From contig JBNGIO010006161.1 in assembly GCA_049999805.1 (NCBI GenBank), positions 62,001 to 126,000 of the forward strand: DNA of 64,000 nt, written 5' to 3'. This stretch comes from Folioceros fuciformis (lineage: Eukaryota). A model generated the notes under the pieces. The model saw only the letters and a list, made by a program, of their open reading frames with translations. It had not been told where the DNA came from and did not search any database. Below, one piece after another: positions 1 through 12,698 of this stretch (positions are counted from its first letter, which is position 1; every line of letters starts with the position of its first letter). The translations under genes were made by a program, and so were the position numbers.

Positions 1-1027
1 GATCACCCAGCGACGATGTGGCAGACTCGCCGGTCAAGTGAACAGAATTTCTCCTGAACTGCAACCTCCTGCCACCATCCCTGTGCCCGGACGCGCTGTG
101 CAAAGCCTCCGTCGCCGCACCTCGGACGTGTGGAGATCTGTCGTGTCCACAGAGCTCCAAGGCGCGTACAGCAGCAGATATATCCTCATCGGGCAAAGCC
201 CTCCTGTCCACAGCCTCCAGCAAGGCCTGCAGCAGGCGGGCAGCGCACACCCTGGACTGCCACTGTGCTCCATCCCCACCTGCATGCATCAGCATCTGGG
301 TAGCAGACCGCAGCAAAGGCGCGCAGAATCCCTTCACGGCCGAACCGGAGGCCAGCACCAGGGACCTAGCCAGTTGGAGGTGCGCAACACCCAATCCCCG
401 CGCTCCCTTCTCCCGCACCCCGGCGCACACTCTGGAGCACAGCTCCTGCGCCATCTCCGATCCCGCGTGCTTCCATTTCTCGGATTCCACCAATGCCTGC
501 AGGCAGAGAGCTGCACCCGCAGCCAGGGGCTCGGAGTCCGACACCACACAGTCCAGGAGGGGCTGGGAGAGCGCACGCAGCACAGCCTGGGCGTCTGCCG
601 GGGGCCCAGCAGGGTCGATTGCGTGTCTGGCAATAGAAGCCACCACCCGGGCGCACGCCTGGTGCAGCTGTGGCGAGCTGCTGCTGCTGCTCCCAGAGGC
701 GATGGAGCGGGTCACGGTTGCCATCACCCGCCCGATGTGGGGAACGATGAGCTTGCCGTGCGCCCGGGCCACCTCCTCGTACAGGGAGATGGCGAAGGAC
801 TTGGACTGCGGGGAGCCCGTCCCCGAGCCCGCCCCCCGGGAGGGCGAAACCTGCTGGAGGAATGCCGGCATGGACCCCGAATCCAGCTGCTCCACGAACG
901 CCTTGAGCGAGTGCATGGCCGCCCTCCTGCCCTCCGAGTCCGCTTCCCCGAGCCTTGCCAGATGCCGCCCCACCACTTCCACCTCCTCTCCCTCTGCCGC
1001 CTCCTCCATCTCCATCTCCAAATCCAT
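1..1027 (-). CDS. SINE1: SINE1/SINE2-like ARM-repeat nuclear envelope protein; 3' part runs off the window start
   Basis: Manual translation from ATG 1027: MDLEME...ADSEGRRAAMHSLKAFVEQLDS...AISLYEEVARAHGKLIVPHI...LHQACARVVASIARHAIDP...AGAALCLQALVESEKW. This matches the plant SINE ARM domain as I recall it. It is missing from the ORF track because there is no stop in the window. Confidence 0.8.
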   Translation of the reverse strand, partial: MDLEMEMEEAAEGEEVEVVGRHLARLGEADSEGRRAAMHSLKAFVEQLDSGSMPAFLQQVSPSRGAGSGTGSPQSKSFAISLYEEVARAHGKLIVPHIGRVMATVTRSIASGSSSSSSPQLHQACARVVASIARHAIDPAGPPADAQAVLRALSQPLLDCVVSDSEPLAAGAALCLQALVESEKWKHAGSEMAQELCSRVCAGVREKGARGLGVAHLQLARSLVLASGSAVKGFCAPLLRSATQMLMHAGGDGAQWQSRVCAARLLQALLEAVDRRALPDEDISAAVRALELCGHDRSPHVRGAATEALHSASGHRDGGRRLQFRRNSVHLTGESATSSLGD

Positions 1028-1427
1028 GGCTAGCTCAGCTAGCTAGCTTTGGGCAACTGAACGAATGATCCCTTCAACAACTGCTCAAGCTCTGCACAGC
1101 ACCCATGGAGGAATCCACACCTCCTTCTCGTGGGCGGCAATGCGGTCATTCAATGCTTTCTCCATCTAGTGTTTAAACATGGGCCACATGACCGTTGCAG
1201 CTGGGAAAGAAACAGCCGTTGCAACAGAGGTTGTCGGACGGGGAACCTGCTCAGAAGCGGCAAGTTATGGCATGGCATGGACGCAGCATCGCATGGGATG
1301 TTAAGAGCGTGTAGGAGCAACTCGCACAGGAGCGTCCTTGCATCCGAAGAACCGCCATGCTTACCTCGAGGATTCCCGATGTGGGAGGAATGCTGGGATG
1401 TGATGCGGTCGTAGTCTTTACAAGAGG

Positions 1428-4400
1428 ATGTGTCGCTGGAGAGGGGTACTGCATCGGAGGTGGGCAGCAGGAGATGTTGTGGAAGAACGGGTGCGATTAT
1501 GTCATGGCCCAATACTTTGGTGGGACACCGGTCAGGATGGTGTGGAAAGGGGGGTGACGGCTACGACAGTGAGCAAGCTTTGTAAGGAGGAGAGACTCGG
1601 TGAGGCTGTGGAGGCTTTGGGAATTGCGGTGCAGACGAACTGTTGCATTCCTAAGTCTGTCTTCCACGGTGTTTTGAAGATGTGCGCGGTGAAGAAGGAC
1701 GTTGTCTTGGGTCGGCGTGTGCATGCTTTCACTGTGGAGAAGGGGTACGAGTCGGACACCTTCTTGTGCAACCACATCATGCGCATGTATGGTTCTCGTT
1801 GCATGCTGCAGGAGGCGATGGATGTGTTCACCGGTGTTGGAAACCCAGATGCTTTCATGTGGTCTTCCATCATCTCTGCCCATGCCACACATGGGGACGA
1901 CAAGCAGGCTCTGGAACTGTATCATCGGATGCGCAGGTCAGGCGTAAAGCCAGATGGGCACGTGTTTGTGGCAGCTCTTCAGGCTTGTGCGAGGCGAGGG
2001 GAGTTGAAAATTGGGCAGGAGATGCATGCTGATGTGGAGGCTAGTGGGTTTGAACGTGACTTGTTTGTCGGCAACTCCTTGGTGGACATGTATGCCAAGT
2101 GCGGCAGCTTGGAAGATGCTCAGCGAGTGTTTGACGGGCTCTGTGAGAAAGATGTCGTGTCTTGGACTGCAATGATTGCAGGATATTCTCGGAAGGGCAT
2201 GGGGCAGGAAGCTCTTCATCTCTACAGCTTGATGCAAGAACACGGGATGGCTGTCCCAAATGCTGTGACATTTGTGTGCCTTTTGCAAGCGTGTGCGTGT
2301 GCAGGCACCCCTGCTTTGGAGCAAGGCAGACGGCTTCATGCAGAAATAAGAGGACGAGGACTGCAAGGTGATGGGTTTGTAGCCAACAGTTTGGTGAACA
2401 TGTATGCGAAGTGTGGCAGCTTAAAGGAAGCTGAGACATTGTTCGAGCGACTTGGTAGAAAAGATGTAGTGACCTGGACTGCCCTTATCACAGGATATTC
2501 CCAGGGTGGCATGGGCCAGAAGGCGCTTCGTCTCTATACTCTCATGCAGCAAGAAGGCGTGTCTGTACCAAACGCTGTGACATTTGTGTGCCTTCTGCAT
2601 GCATGTGCAAGTGTGGGCATCTCAGCTTTGAGAAAGGGAAGGCAGCTTCATGCACAGATCAGAGAACAGGGACTTGAATCTGACATGTTTGTAGCCAACA
2701 GTTTGGTAAACATGTATGCAAAGTGCGGCAGCATAGAGGATGGACGGAAAGTGTTTGATGGACTTGGTCAAAAGAACGTGGTGACGTGGAGTGCTATGAT
2801 AGCAGGATATTCCCAAGAGGGCATGGGGCAGGAAGCCCTTCATCTCTACAATATAATGTGCGACGAAGGCTTTATTACACCCAATGCCCTAACATTTGTA
2901 TGTCTCCTGCAGGCATGTGCAAGTGTGGGCGTCCAGGCCCTCGACAAGGGGAAACAGCTTCATGCACAAATCAGAGGACAAAGGCTTCTTGAGAATGTGC
3001 TTGTAGCCAACGGGCTAATAAATATGTATGCAAAATGCGGCAGCTTGGAAGATGCCCGCAGTGTGTTTGATAGGCTCACTGTCAAAGATGCTTTATCATG
3101 GCGTGCCGTGATAGCAGGGTATTCTCAGCAGGGTTTAGGGCAGGAAGCCCTTGACCTTCACAGGATTATGCAAGCAGAAGGCGTCGCTGTGCAGGATGCT
3201 ATCACATTTGTGTGCCTCCTTCAGGCATGTGCAAATGTGGGTTGGCCATCTTTGGATAAGGGTAAGCAGCTCCATTCAGAAATTTCTGGTGGAGGTCATC
3301 ATGCTGATATACTGGTAGCCAACAGTTTGGTAAACATGTACGCAAAATGTGGAAGCCTAGAGGACGCTCAGAAAGTGTTTGATGGCCTCTGTGAAAGGGA
3401 TGTTGTAACGTGGAGTGCTTTGATAGCAGGGTATGCCCAGCGGGGTATGGGTCAGGAAGCCCTTGGTCTTTATGATGCTATGCAACAAGACGGCCTAGTT
3501 GCACCTGACCCTGTGACATTTGCGTCCCTCCTGCAGGCTTGCGCAAGTGTGGGCACGCCTGCTCTGCAGAAGGGCAGGCAGATTCACGTGCAACTCAAAG
3601 AACGGGGGCACGAAGCTGACATGGTGGTTGCCACCACCTTGGTCCACATGTATGCAAAGTGCGGCAGCTTGGAAGAGGCTCGAAGAGTGTTCAACGGACT
3701 GGGCAAAAAAGATGTGGTGACATGGAATGCCATGATAGCAGGCTATTCCCAGCAGGGCACCGGCAAAGAATCCCTTCGTCTCTACAGTGCGATGCAAGAA
3801 GAGGCCACTGCTGTACCAGATTGCGTGACATTTGTGTCCCTCCTGCAGGCATGTGCAGGAGTGGGCACTACGGCGTTGGAGCAGGGGAAGGACCTTCATG
3901 TGCAAGTGAGGGAAAGAGGCTATGAAGCTGAAATGGCTGTAGGCAACAGTTTGGTAAACATGTACGCAAAGTGCGGCAGCCTGGAGGATGCTCAGAGACT
4001 GTTTGACAGACTTGGTCACAAAGATACTGTGACGTGGAATGCCATGATAGCAGCGTACTCCCAGCAGGGTATGGGCCAGAAAGCCCTTTGCCTTTATCGT
4101 GATATGCAAGAAGAAGGCATCACCGTACCTGATTCCATCACATTCGTGTGCCTCCTGCAGGCATGTGCAAATCTGGCAGCCCTCCACGTTGGAAGGCAAC
4201 TGCACGCACAGATTGAAGAACAAGGCCTTCAAGCCGATGAGGTCGTGGCCTGCGGCGTGATGAACATGTACGCAAAGTGTGGAAGCATGGTTGATGCACG
4301 GCAGGTGTTTGAGGCACTGCCCGAGAGTCGACGAAACGCAGTCACCCAGAATGCGCTGATTGCAGGATACAGCCACCAAGGAGACAGTGAGGCGGTCTTC

Positions 4401-4991
4401 AATTCGATTTCCAGAATGGAAGAGGACGGGATTCAGCCAGATGGCATCACACTTCTTAGCGTGCTAACTGTATGCAGCCATGCAGGTCTGGTTGAGAAGG
4501 GGCAGGAGTCGTTCCAGGATATGAGTAGACACTACCGCATCACTCCAACGGTGGAGCACTACACTTGCATGGTGGATCTTCTGGGCCGTGCAGGCCGGTT
4601 GGAGGAGGCACTGGCCTTGGTCGGGGCAATGCCTGTGCTGCCTGACATGGCAGTTTGGTCTACACTGTTGGGTGCTTGTCAAAAGTGGAGCAACGTGGAG
4701 GTGGGACGTCATGCTTTCGACCAAGCACTGAAGCTAGACAAGAACAATGCCGCTGCACATGTGTTGATGTTTAACATATACACCAGAACCCACAGCTGGG
4801 AGCAGGCTCACGAAATACAGGTGAGGAGAATGCGCGTGAGGGCATGGAAGCAGCCGGGTCAGAGCTGGTGGACAGACATGGATGGCATGGTTCACACTTT
4901 CTTGGTTGGGGTGGACAAATATAACAAGACTGAAGCGAAGTTCACTCCCTCCCTTGTATTGTACAATAATCGATCCTCCCTTACAGAGTAA
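1428..4991 (+). CDS. PLS-class PPR protein with E domain and WW-type PG box, no DYW domain
   Basis: Intronless 1187-aa ORF with 8 MYAKCGS-type ~104-aa triplets, E domain (HYTCMVDLLGRAG) and KQPGQSWWTD, followed by a short unrelated tail. Confidence 0.95.
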   Translation: MCRWRGVLHRRWAAGDVVEERVRLCHGPILWWDTGQDGVERGVTATTVSKLCKEERLGEAVEALGIAVQTNCCIPKSVFHGVLKMCAVKKDVVLGRRVHAFTVEKGYESDTFLCNHIMRMYGSRCMLQEAMDVFTGVGNPDAFMWSSIISAHATHGDDKQALELYHRMRRSGVKPDGHVFVAALQACARRGELKIGQEMHADVEASGFERDLFVGNSLVDMYAKCGSLEDAQRVFDGLCEKDVVSWTAMIAGYSRKGMGQEALHLYSLMQEHGMAVPNAVTFVCLLQACACAGTPALEQGRRLHAEIRGRGLQGDGFVANSLVNMYAKCGSLKEAETLFERLGRKDVVTWTALITGYSQGGMGQKALRLYTLMQQEGVSVPNAVTFVCLLHACASVGISALRKGRQLHAQIREQGLESDMFVANSLVNMYAKCGSIEDGRKVFDGLGQKNVVTWSAMIAGYSQEGMGQEALHLYNIMCDEGFITPNALTFVCLLQACASVGVQALDKGKQLHAQIRGQRLLENVLVANGLINMYAKCGSLEDARSVFDRLTVKDALSWRAVIAGYSQQGLGQEALDLHRIMQAEGVAVQDAITFVCLLQACANVGWPSLDKGKQLHSEISGGGHHADILVANSLVNMYAKCGSLEDAQKVFDGLCERDVVTWSALIAGYAQRGMGQEALGLYDAMQQDGLVAPDPVTFASLLQACASVGTPALQKGRQIHVQLKERGHEADMVVATTLVHMYAKCGSLEEARRVFNGLGKKDVVTWNAMIAGYSQQGTGKESLRLYSAMQEEATAVPDCVTFVSLLQACAGVGTTALEQGKDLHVQVRERGYEAEMAVGNSLVNMYAKCGSLEDAQRLFDRLGHKDTVTWNAMIAAYSQQGMGQKALCLYRDMQEEGITVPDSITFVCLLQACANLAALHVGRQLHAQIEEQGLQADEVVACGVMNMYAKCGSMVDARQVFEALPESRRNAVTQNALIAGYSHQGDSEAVFNSISRMEEDGIQPDGITLLSVLTVCSHAGLVEKGQESFQDMSRHYRITPTVEHYTCMVDLLGRAGRLEEALALVGAMPVLPDMAVWSTLLGACQKWSNVEVGRHAFDQALKLDKNNAAAHVLMFNIYTRTHSWEQAHEIQVRRMRVRAWKQPGQSWWTDMDGMVHTFLVGVDKYNKTEAKFTPSLVLYNNRSSLTE

Positions 4992-5409
4992 TTTATACTT
5001 ACTGGAGCATACTTCGGCGCTGTGCTCAGACCAACCCAATCTTCAGTTTGTTGTACTTCAAGTGATGGAGCAAGGCCAAGTACAAATAGCAAAATCTCTA
5101 GTCTGCGATACTTGAAGGATCGATTCAAAACGTTCAGAACATACAGTCATTCTATAGGTGACAAAACTTAACAGAACGTGGAACCACAACCGAACCACTC
5201 GAATTCAAGATACAATTACGTTACGCATATGGAATTCACAGTGTAGACGACGATAAAGCTGCCCGACCCGACGCCAGATTCAGAAGAATGCAGACTACCA
5301 GATCTTCCATGGGAAAGGCATTATAGAATCGACGACTTCGGGTAGCTGTAGCCTATACAGAGAGTGAGTACGATGTTCAAACATAACACAAGTTGATCCT
5401 TCCAACCTC

Positions 5410-8400
5410 TCATTTGGACAAGCCGCTGCTGGCAAGGTTGAAAGTTGTGACTTCCGGGCCACCCATAGGTTGTCTCAAAATTTGCTCAAGCGCCTCGGGA
5501 TCGCTGGTTGGGGCCTTGCAGGAGAAATTCTGACATACATAGGCAACAGCAGTGTCTTTCCGCCCACTCTGTACCATTGCCAAGGCAGTCGGATTGATCT
5601 TGCCCCAGGTTGCAACGTCATCTGGATCGTTGGGGTCAATGTGGATAATCTGGACACCATCAGGACCGAGGACACCATCAGAACCCAGGCCGGACATTTA
5701 GTGTGCAAGGTCTGGCCAGCCTGACAACTGCAACTGGTACCGACTTACCGTCTTCTCAGGATCGAAAAGTGAGTGGGCAACTGCGAGAAGAGCCGATGTG
5801 TTGTCCGCAAGTCTCTCTCCTGATATAATAATTTGTCGCTTGGAAGATGTATGAAAGGAGTCGAAAGCAACACACAGAAGTGGGACAGCCACGGCTACAT
5901 CCCGAATTCGCGACTCAAGCGCGGCCTGCCAAACCACCCAATCACCGTGAAGAGGAGGCCCGTGGACGACCATGACATAATAATTGCGAACATTCATCGA
6001 CTTCAAACAATGGTCAGATGGGTTGCCTCACCAGTAGACGCTCTGCTCGTCGTCGATATTGGTCTGACTGATCGCCACTTGCGAAAGCTGATAGCCGTAG
6101 CAGATTTATGGCTGCCACAGAATTGCCTGACGGCTCTGCGCCATCATAGTCCTCCTTGACCATAAACAATATGGATGGATCATCACCCGCAGTACTAAAA
6201 TATGCTCCACAAGACGAATCCCAAAACAGCTCATCCTGCACGAGAAACAACACAGAGAGATGGGGAAACAGGTGAGGGCGTTTCCAACAGGCCTGTTCTG
6301 GAGTAGCAACAGGCTCTTCGTGTACATCGCGTGCAACTTCAAGCTCTTAGCACCTGCTTCTTCTGTAGTTCTATGGCCCAGCAGAGCGATGAAGCACCTC
6401 CTCCTGCTTCGTACAAGTCCAGTAAACCAGCAATGAGGAAGGCATAGTCCTCGAGAAATCCAGGGGCTGCTGACTGTTGTACTCGAAAGCTCCGTCTCAG
6501 TTTCCCCGTCTCACCATCGTACAACTTTTTCTTTATGTACGACGCAGCTTTCAAAGCATCCGCAAGGTAATCCTGTGCCTAAAATACAGAATGAGAACAT
6601 TAAGCACATGGGAATAACAGAGGAGAGGTCCTGGGGCAAAAGCCCCAATAGAACGCATTTCCTACCCACCTTCCGCGGAGTTACAGGAAAATAGAATTGA
6701 GCGTTGTTCGGTTCCGTCGCCAGAACTTTGGATGCCCGAGCAAATGCTGAGATAGTGAGCCCATTCCATGCGACAATAACCTAAAACGTGGTTCACTCAA
6801 AGGAGATGGTCAGAGCACAAGCAGCACAAAAGTGAGCCTGACTGGTAAAAATCAAACAAACACCTTATCGTCCAGAAGGGGACGGGGACGAGCACTCCTC
6901 CTTGCATGCAGGTCGCGTCGACAGGACCCCAGAAGTTCAGCTATCTCCTCCGCAGATTTGCCAAACTTAGTTGCTGTCTCTGCTAAACTCTGCCGTTGGA
7001 TCAACACATTTTTACCGGCAAATTCTCTGTGTGGATCACTTGTACGAGAAAGGTCGCAATTTCCACCAGGTTTCACATAATAATGCGCGCAGAAAAGTTT
7101 TGCTCTCTCCTCTCCAAGAATCAGCTCAATCTAGCCAAGCGCAGGGCAGATATGCACGGTCAGCATGCACTTGACATGGTACTTTGACAGAACAGGAGAA
7201 GGCCACCAGCAACTGCACACCTCCTGACGAGTCCAGACATAGAAAGCACCTTCCTTCTTCCTGGTCGCACCGGCAGACTCGGCACTATCAGCATCTTCTG
7301 CTGAGTAAATACCACCCTCAGAATCAGTCATGTCTCTCTTTATATAATCCAGTACGTCACGAGCAGAAGATGCATACTGGATGTCTCTGGTGATTGCAAA
7401 CGCATCCAGGAACACATTCACAAGTTGCCCTTGATCATACAGCATTTTCTCAAAATGTGGCACTGCAGGAACAACAGGACATCTCTCAATAGACAATAAC
7501 GATAAAACTTTGACCACCAGGCTGTCAGAATTGACGCAGTCTACAGCAAAGGCCCGCACTTTGCACCAACCATGCCAGTACTCGTCAACACTGTATCGAT
7601 GAAAGCCACCTCCCACATGATCATGTATTCCTCCATAGGCCATGCTCCGGATGGTGAACAGGGCCATTTCGAGAACCTTGGCTGCAGCTCCCTCTTTCCC
7701 AGACACTCCCAAATGCTTATAATGTTGCAGGACTGCTTTCAGTTCCACAGGCCTTGGAAATTTTGGTGGCCCTCCAAATCCACCCAACTTGGAATCGAAG
7801 TCTTTAGTCAGCTGCATTGGCCAACAGGGTTTGACACTACATTGTTACTCGCTCGCTAGTAAAAAGTGGAACTATTGGAATGGACACGACAAGTGCTTCC
7901 AACCTGTTGAACACACAGCTGAACAGCCTGCAGCGTTGACCCCTCTGACATCTCCGAGGTTGAGCCACGTGTAGACGTTAGACCTGCCAACTGCTGGATC
8001 ACCTGATCTCCAGTCTCTCGGAGAGAGTCCCTTCCCAGGTCCCATGCTTCCTTCACTCTCCTGAAAATGAAAAAAGTGAGGGCTTTAAAAACACACAGGA
8101 AACTGAAGTCTCCTGAGCAAAGCACCTCTAGTCTGCACTGCATTGACATACTTCAACACGCTCTTGATTCCAGGCCGGCCATATCTGTCATCAGGTGGAA
8201 AATATGTTCCTCCAACAATGGGCTTCAATTCAGGGGTCAGAAAGACGCTCATAGGCCAACCGCCTCCTCCTTGTGTCGCTTGGACATACGTCATGTAGAC
8301 CTAACAACAACAGCTGATCTTACAGATGGCAAACTCTCGTTGCGGGCTACATAACTTAGCAGCATCTAATAGACCACACGCAGCGCCATCCTGGCCAAGG

Positions 8401-9912
8401 ATGATATTGCTCTAAGGTTTGTGGTAACTCTTGAGCACCAACAAACCTCACAAAAAACCACACAAATAGCAGTGTTTCTTCAAACCTTGTCCACATCTGG
8501 TCTCTCCTCTCTATCCACCTGGACAACAGAACATCTGCAATGAGTCACAATCACGTCGGTAGTTTGTATTAACAAACTAACTCACTGGACCGCCACTATC
8601 TGGTAATAGCACTACGGTAAGCAGAGGGACAGAAACTGTAAGAAAGAGACTGTTGACACACCTTGATGTTCACAAACCAGTCATTCATGACCTTGGCAAC
8701 TTCTTCATTCTCAAAGCTCTCAACTTCCATGACATGGCACCTTTAAGCGCAAAGGGGTTGCGCAGTGGTTAGAGCATGCTCAGCTGAAGCAGCTCCTTTA
8801 CCAAGAAGAGCTTGGTAAAAGAGGCGCTAAACGTCCAAGACCCCATAATAACAGCCACGAAACATCACAAGGTTCATCCTGCACAGAGCTCACTTACCAG
8901 TGACACGTGCTGTATCCAACTTTAGGCCAGTACACGATGTCAAAGACATGTGATATGAATCACAGAAAGGCGTCAGAAGATACAAGTGCCACAGCAATTT
9001 ATGTTAAAAAAAACACAAGCACGCCAAAATCTGCATCCCCGTTGAACATGTCTTCAAACTTCCTGACCAAAGCTAAACAGGATGCCATATAGAATTGCAT
9101 CGTTCAGCACTGTCACAAGCTTGTAAACCAGCGGCAGCAGATCAAATGCACACAACTTGGGGCATGCTCTGCATGTTGAGACAAAGGAGATGCAAGGGCA
9201 GTGCGGTGAAGACCTGATAAGAAGATAGGTTTATCCTCTGCACGGGCTTTTGAAAAAGCTTCTTCTCCCCATGGATACCAGTCCACCTATGGGCAGGAAA
9301 GGGAAAAAAATGCACGCAAGACAAGATAAGTACTGAGACACCGATTCGCCTTAGCATCTTGCTCCCAAGATTGCGCAGGCATCAAGATTAGCCTACCGGA
9401 TTGTGTGCATGCTGCAGCAAGTAGGGACTCTGCTCCTTGATGAGCCTGTTGGTGTATTTGTGGGCAGTGGAGCCCGCTGCACCCTTGTCGCCTTCCCCTG
9501 ACTCCGCCATGGCTCTGGACACAAAAAGAAATCGAATTCCAGGACGACGCTGCACTTCTCGCGCGCTTTTCAGCGCAAGAAGTTGTGTGCCGGTGCGGCA
9601 GCTGAGACTGGTGAGGTGCTGGCAATCTTGCTGATTCTCAGAAATGCGGCCGCTGCCGAGACCACGAGGCAGCAATTACACAAGCTCGCTTCACTGACGC
9701 GAATTTTAGTACATAAGCGGGAAAAGACACAAGGCATACCGGCTCCCGCTTCGACTCCGACCCACACTCCCTCTCCGACCCGGCAGATGCAAGAAAGGCG
9801 ACGGACGACAGTGGAGCTGCTGCAAACGCAGGTAGCGGTAGCGATGGAACTCCAGCGCCAGCAGATGGAGGTGGTTGGATTTTATGAGCTGCGTTGTGCG
9901 CAGTCCCAACAT
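5410..9912 (-). CDS. SPATA20: SPATA20/YyaL-like thioredoxin-domain protein, multi-exon
   Basis: Exon peptides [96 protein letters not shown] at 5410. The conserved core starts at ATG 9510 and an upstream ATG at 9912 is possible. Confidence 0.92.
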
Positions 9913-10409
9913 CGCATCAATGGCAATCCCCGTTCCGATCCTTTTCAGTTCTGCCTGCAGCATACCACGCTCCACAACTGCCAGCGGCTGCCTGACGTGG
10001 CTTTAGCCAAGTTCCCTGCAGCCCGCGTTCGGTCAGTGCTTGTTGCCGTCTTAACATGGAGATGCAGATTTTCTCCAGTGCGGAAAGAATAGTGAACACC
10101 CCAGATTGAAACACTGCACGTCTTCTGACCATGCATGTAGCAACAAATACGAATGTCAGAGTAAACGAATCGGATTTCTTGCCTTGATTAAGAGCAACAA
10201 ACAGCAGAGTAGACAAGTTTCGGAGACATGGGCTCAGGAAGTTCTGCACATCTGTACATACGTACAAGGGAGGGAGGAATGCAGAGATTGGGAGGTTTGC
10301 ATGCTCCGATATTCAGGGCACTTCAGGCCATTGTCCTGACAAAAGAGATACAGCTAGCTGGAAACCTTTCGTCTCCCAAAACTTGCCGTCCAGGCAGCTT
10401 GGTGGGAAC

Positions 10410-12269
10410 TCATGGCCGTTGTGTAGAACGTTTGCAAGCACTGTCAAGGGCACCACACCTCACATACATGTCCACAAGAGCATTTCTGACAGTCAAATCG
10501 TTGTCAAAACCATATTTTACTACAAGATCATGAATCTCCTTTCCCTCCTCCAGGGTTGAGAGGCTGGCACAGGCGTGAAGAACGGAGGCGAAGGTGATGG
10601 CACTTGGTAGCACCCCTTCTTTTAGCATTCTGTGAAATAGTGTTAGCGAAGTTGCAGGTTGCCCATTTTGGGCATAGCCTGCTATCAGAGTGTTCCAGGA
10701 CACAACATCTCGCCTGCACATCTTGTCAAACACGTCACGTGCCTCATCCATGCTCCCACATTTAGCATACATGTCGATGAGGGCGTTCCAGACGAAGGCG
10801 TCGGCCTCGAACCCTGTTTTGAACAAATAGGAATGCACGACCCTGCCCTCTTTGAGAGTAGCCGCTGCAGAGCAGGCGTTCAGGACGCTGACAAAGGTGA
10901 GACCGTCTGGTTTCACATTCTCAGCTGCCATTTGCTGGAAAATGGCAAAGGCCTCCTTGTGAAGTCCATGGAGTGCATACCCGTTGATCATGGAATTCCA
11001 TGTCACCACGTCATGCTTCCGCATGCTATTGAAGACTTGCCGAGCATCAGCAATGCTACCGCACTTGGCATACATGTCGATCAGGCTGTTCCCAACCTCG
11101 GGTTTGATGTGCCATCCGGCCTTACAGCTTGCAGCGTGGATGTCCTTGCCTTCCTGCAAGGCTCCCATGCTGGCACAGGCACTGAGGGCACTGACAAATG
11201 TGTAAGCATCTGGAGTCTCGCCCTCTCTTTGCATCCGCTTGAAGAGATTCAGCGCCTGCCAACCACGTCCGTTCTTTGCATACCCCGCAATCATGGCGTT
11301 CCACGAAACCAAGTCCCGGTGAGGCATCCGGTTGAACACTTTCTGAGCTTCCTTCATGCTTCCACACTTCGCATACATTGTGACGAGCGAATTGGCCACG
11401 TAGTCCGCCAGCTCTAAATGGCTTTCCATTATCAGGGCATGCATCCGCTTGCCCTCCTCCAAAACACCGAGGCTGCCACAGGCATGAAGCATACTGATAA
11501 AAGTGACCCTACTAGGCTTGACTCCTGCATCCTGCATCTCCTTAAACAACTTGAAAGCATCTTTTATATACCCATGAGCAACGCACCCAGATATCAGCGC
11601 CGTCCAGGATATGACATCACGCGTCTGCATGTTGTCAAAAACAGCTCGTGCCGTCCCAATGCTCCCGAATTTCGCATACATATTGACAAGCATGTTTGAC
11701 AGAACAATTTCACATTCCAGCCCACTCTTGATTATGTAGCCATGAACTCTTTTCCCCTTCTCCAAGGCCTTCATCCTGATGCACAGCTTCAAGATGGACG
11801 AGAACACTCTAGGGTTCACACTGATGCCTCGCCCATCCATGCTCTCCAGTAAGGACACAGCCTCATCCAGCCTTCCCTCCTTACAGAGCATACGCACCAC
11901 TCCCTCCACATCACCTCTCTCGAATTTGTCATACTTCGGTTCCGGCCTGCATTTTATCATTTCCCAGGCAGTCAGCAACACGACACAAGAAGGAAATCAA
12001 CCTCCCTTCGCCACAAATTGGTACAACAGGCGACACCTGCTTCGAGCTGGAGAAGGTGCAGAAAAGCTGTTCAGCGATGGATTTCCTCCACTGCCTGAAT
12101 TCAATCTCCACTCATCAGCTAACAACGTGCTACTGCTCGTGCTCCGCCAAGCTTGTCCCAACGAGCCCCTTGCCACCATCTGCAGATTGCACACCCCGTC
12201 TCCCACCAAAGCCTTGCTCGTATGTGAATTGCCAGGAAGCTTCATGCCTACCGCCGGACCAGGCCCCAT
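10410..12269 (-). CDS. PLS-class PPR protein without E/DYW; two exons (intron about 11947-12036)
   Basis: Tandem PLS repeats in ORF 10410-11981. The upstream exon MGPGPAVG...PARSR splices AG|GT...CAG|G in frame to RPEPKY. The ORF stops in mid-repeat. Confidence 0.85.
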
Positions 12270-12698
12270 TGTGGGAGTAGGCTCCTCGAACGATCATCCC
12301 TGCCATCGTACTCGTGTGCCTGACATCGCCGTCCTGCTTCCTCCTCCTCTCCGCGAAATCCAAGTCGGAAAAGATCTTGCCTGGACCAGGTATGTATGTA
12401 CTCTAGACATATGCATCGTTACAATTAGACATGTCTATGTATGTACATACATATCTGTCAATCTTACTATTACTCATAATTTCTACATTAGGAAAGTCCG
12501 GGGCAGGAGCCTTATGTTACCAATATATATATACCTCCACTTACCGGGAGGTTTAGGGACATATGTCCTATACATAAGTCGGTCACAACAGCTATAAATA
12601 ACCCAAGCTGTTTAAACTGATTTGAAATAGAAATTCAGTTTGGTGCTAATTGTTTACTCACGGGGGGCTTCGGATACGAAGACACCGGCTTGAACGCC

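Noticed and set aside
38-1033. 331-aa plus-strand ORF
   Set aside because: Antisense shadow of the GC-rich SINE1-like gene on the minus strand.
3495-4379. Long antisense ORFs over PPR genes (also 10659-11417 and 20972-21679)
   Set aside because: By-products of repetitive PPR codon patterns.
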